DNA of 64,000 bases. It comes from an uncultured Lachnospiraceae bacterium. Lineage in GTDB: Bacteria; Bacillota; Clostridia; Lachnospirales; Lachnospiraceae. The position numbers and the translations under genes are program-made. This document shows, piece after piece, positions 63,439-64,000 of the stretch. The stretch spans positions 3,043-67,042 of the forward strand of contig CANPZE010000009.1 of the NCBI GenBank assembly GCA_947589315.1. Reading direction: 5' to 3'. Under the pieces are notes generated by a model. The model saw only the letters and a program-made list of their open reading frames with translations. It had not been told where the DNA came from and did no database searches. Numbering within the stretch: the first letter of the stretch is position 1; each line of letters starts with the position of its first letter.

Positions 63439-64000
63439 ATGGGAAAGACAATTAAAGCACGGTTAACCATGAGCATAATTTTTATTGTAGTGGCCATTAT
63501 CATTCTGACTACCATAGGGATTATTGCAATCGCAGGAGGGCGGATCGTAGAGAAGCAGGAGAATGAACTTCAGCTCTATGCAGACCGGTATGCGGAAGAG
63601 ATCAATACCTGGATAGAAAGTGAAATGATGATGGCAGACGGAGCTGCAGACAGTATTGAGGCGGCCAAGGATATGGATAGTGGATTTCTGCAGAGCGTAG
63701 TGGACACTCATGCAGAAGGCCGGGATGAGTTATTGAACCTGTACTGCGGAACCAGCGATTCCAAATTTTACCAGTCAAACGCAGAAGCCGAGATCCCAGA
63801 AGGATATGATCCGACAGAGAGAGGATGGTATCAGCAGGCTGCGGAGGCCGGGGAGACGGTAGTGATAGATCCCTATTGGGATGTACTTACTAACCAGATG
63901 TGCGCTACCATTGCTTCTCCTGTCCTTTTGGATGGCAAGGTGGCCGCTGTGGTCGGTGCGGATGTAAAGCTTACTACCGTGACGGAGCTGACCTCCAGTA
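63439..64000 (+). CDS. methyl-accepting chemotaxis protein, N-terminal part (TM plus Cache-like sensor); the 3' end lies outside the window
   Basis: ATG 63439. Sequence MGKTIKARLTMSIIFIVVAIIILTT... then GWYQQA...PYWDVLTNQMCATIASPV, typical of dCache sensors. The frame is open to the window edge. Confidence 0.8.
   Translation, partial: MGKTIKARLTMSIIFIVVAIIILTTIGIIAIAGGRIVEKQENELQLYADRYAEEINTWIESEMMMADGAADSIEAAKDMDSGFLQSVVDTHAEGRDELLNLYCGTSDSKFYQSNAEAEIPEGYDPTERGWYQQAAEAGETVVIDPYWDVLTNQMCATIASPVLLDGKVAAVVGADVKLTTVTELTSS

Noticed and set aside
1-64000. Looked for CRISPR arrays, tRNA or rRNA genes, transposases, integrases and phage modules.
   Set aside because: None found. The only repeats are the short tandem duplications, the 140-bp direct repeat and the hairpins listed above.

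Overview
The window looks like a chromosomal segment of a spore-forming Clostridia organism (Lachnospiraceae-like; about 50% GC, Gram-positive style Shine-Dalgarno sites). This taxonomic placement is an inference from gene content only. Almost all genes lie on the + strand.

Confidently recognised content:
- infC-rpmI-rplT behind a consensus promoter and an attenuator leader, then valS.
- The forespore block spoIIAA-spoIIAB-sigF, followed by spoVAA-spoVAB-spoVAC.
- nudC, an oversized RND permease, an SNF transporter and uvrB.
- A carbohydrate set: GH42, a LacI regulator, galT, a GH94 phosphorylase and GH2.
- A Leu T-box in front of leuA, a MATE pump, and a BlaI/BlaR1-like pair.
- A TM1266-type regulator with hydG, nadB-nadC, murI, and several sensor kinases and chemoreceptors.

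No rRNA, tRNA, CRISPR array, transposase or integrase was seen.

Items worth a second look:
1. An unassignable four-gene operon at the left edge (large helical protein, actin/Hsp70-like protein, TPR-like protein, coiled-coil 2-TM protein).
2. Two translationally coupled hybrid kinases that are both interrupted. One has a +1 frameshift in a G6 run inside its Hpt domain. The other has an in-frame TAG and carries a C-terminal DegV domain.
3. An RND permease with an inserted coiled coil of about 330 aa.
4. A low-GC islet (about 32.2-33.9 kb). It holds a type I toxin-antitoxin-like small-peptide locus and a 140-bp promoter/signal-peptide duplication that brackets decayed genes.
5. A single ORF that fuses flavin reductase, rubredoxin and desulfoferrodoxin.

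All functional calls rest on motifs read by eye. No database search was run.
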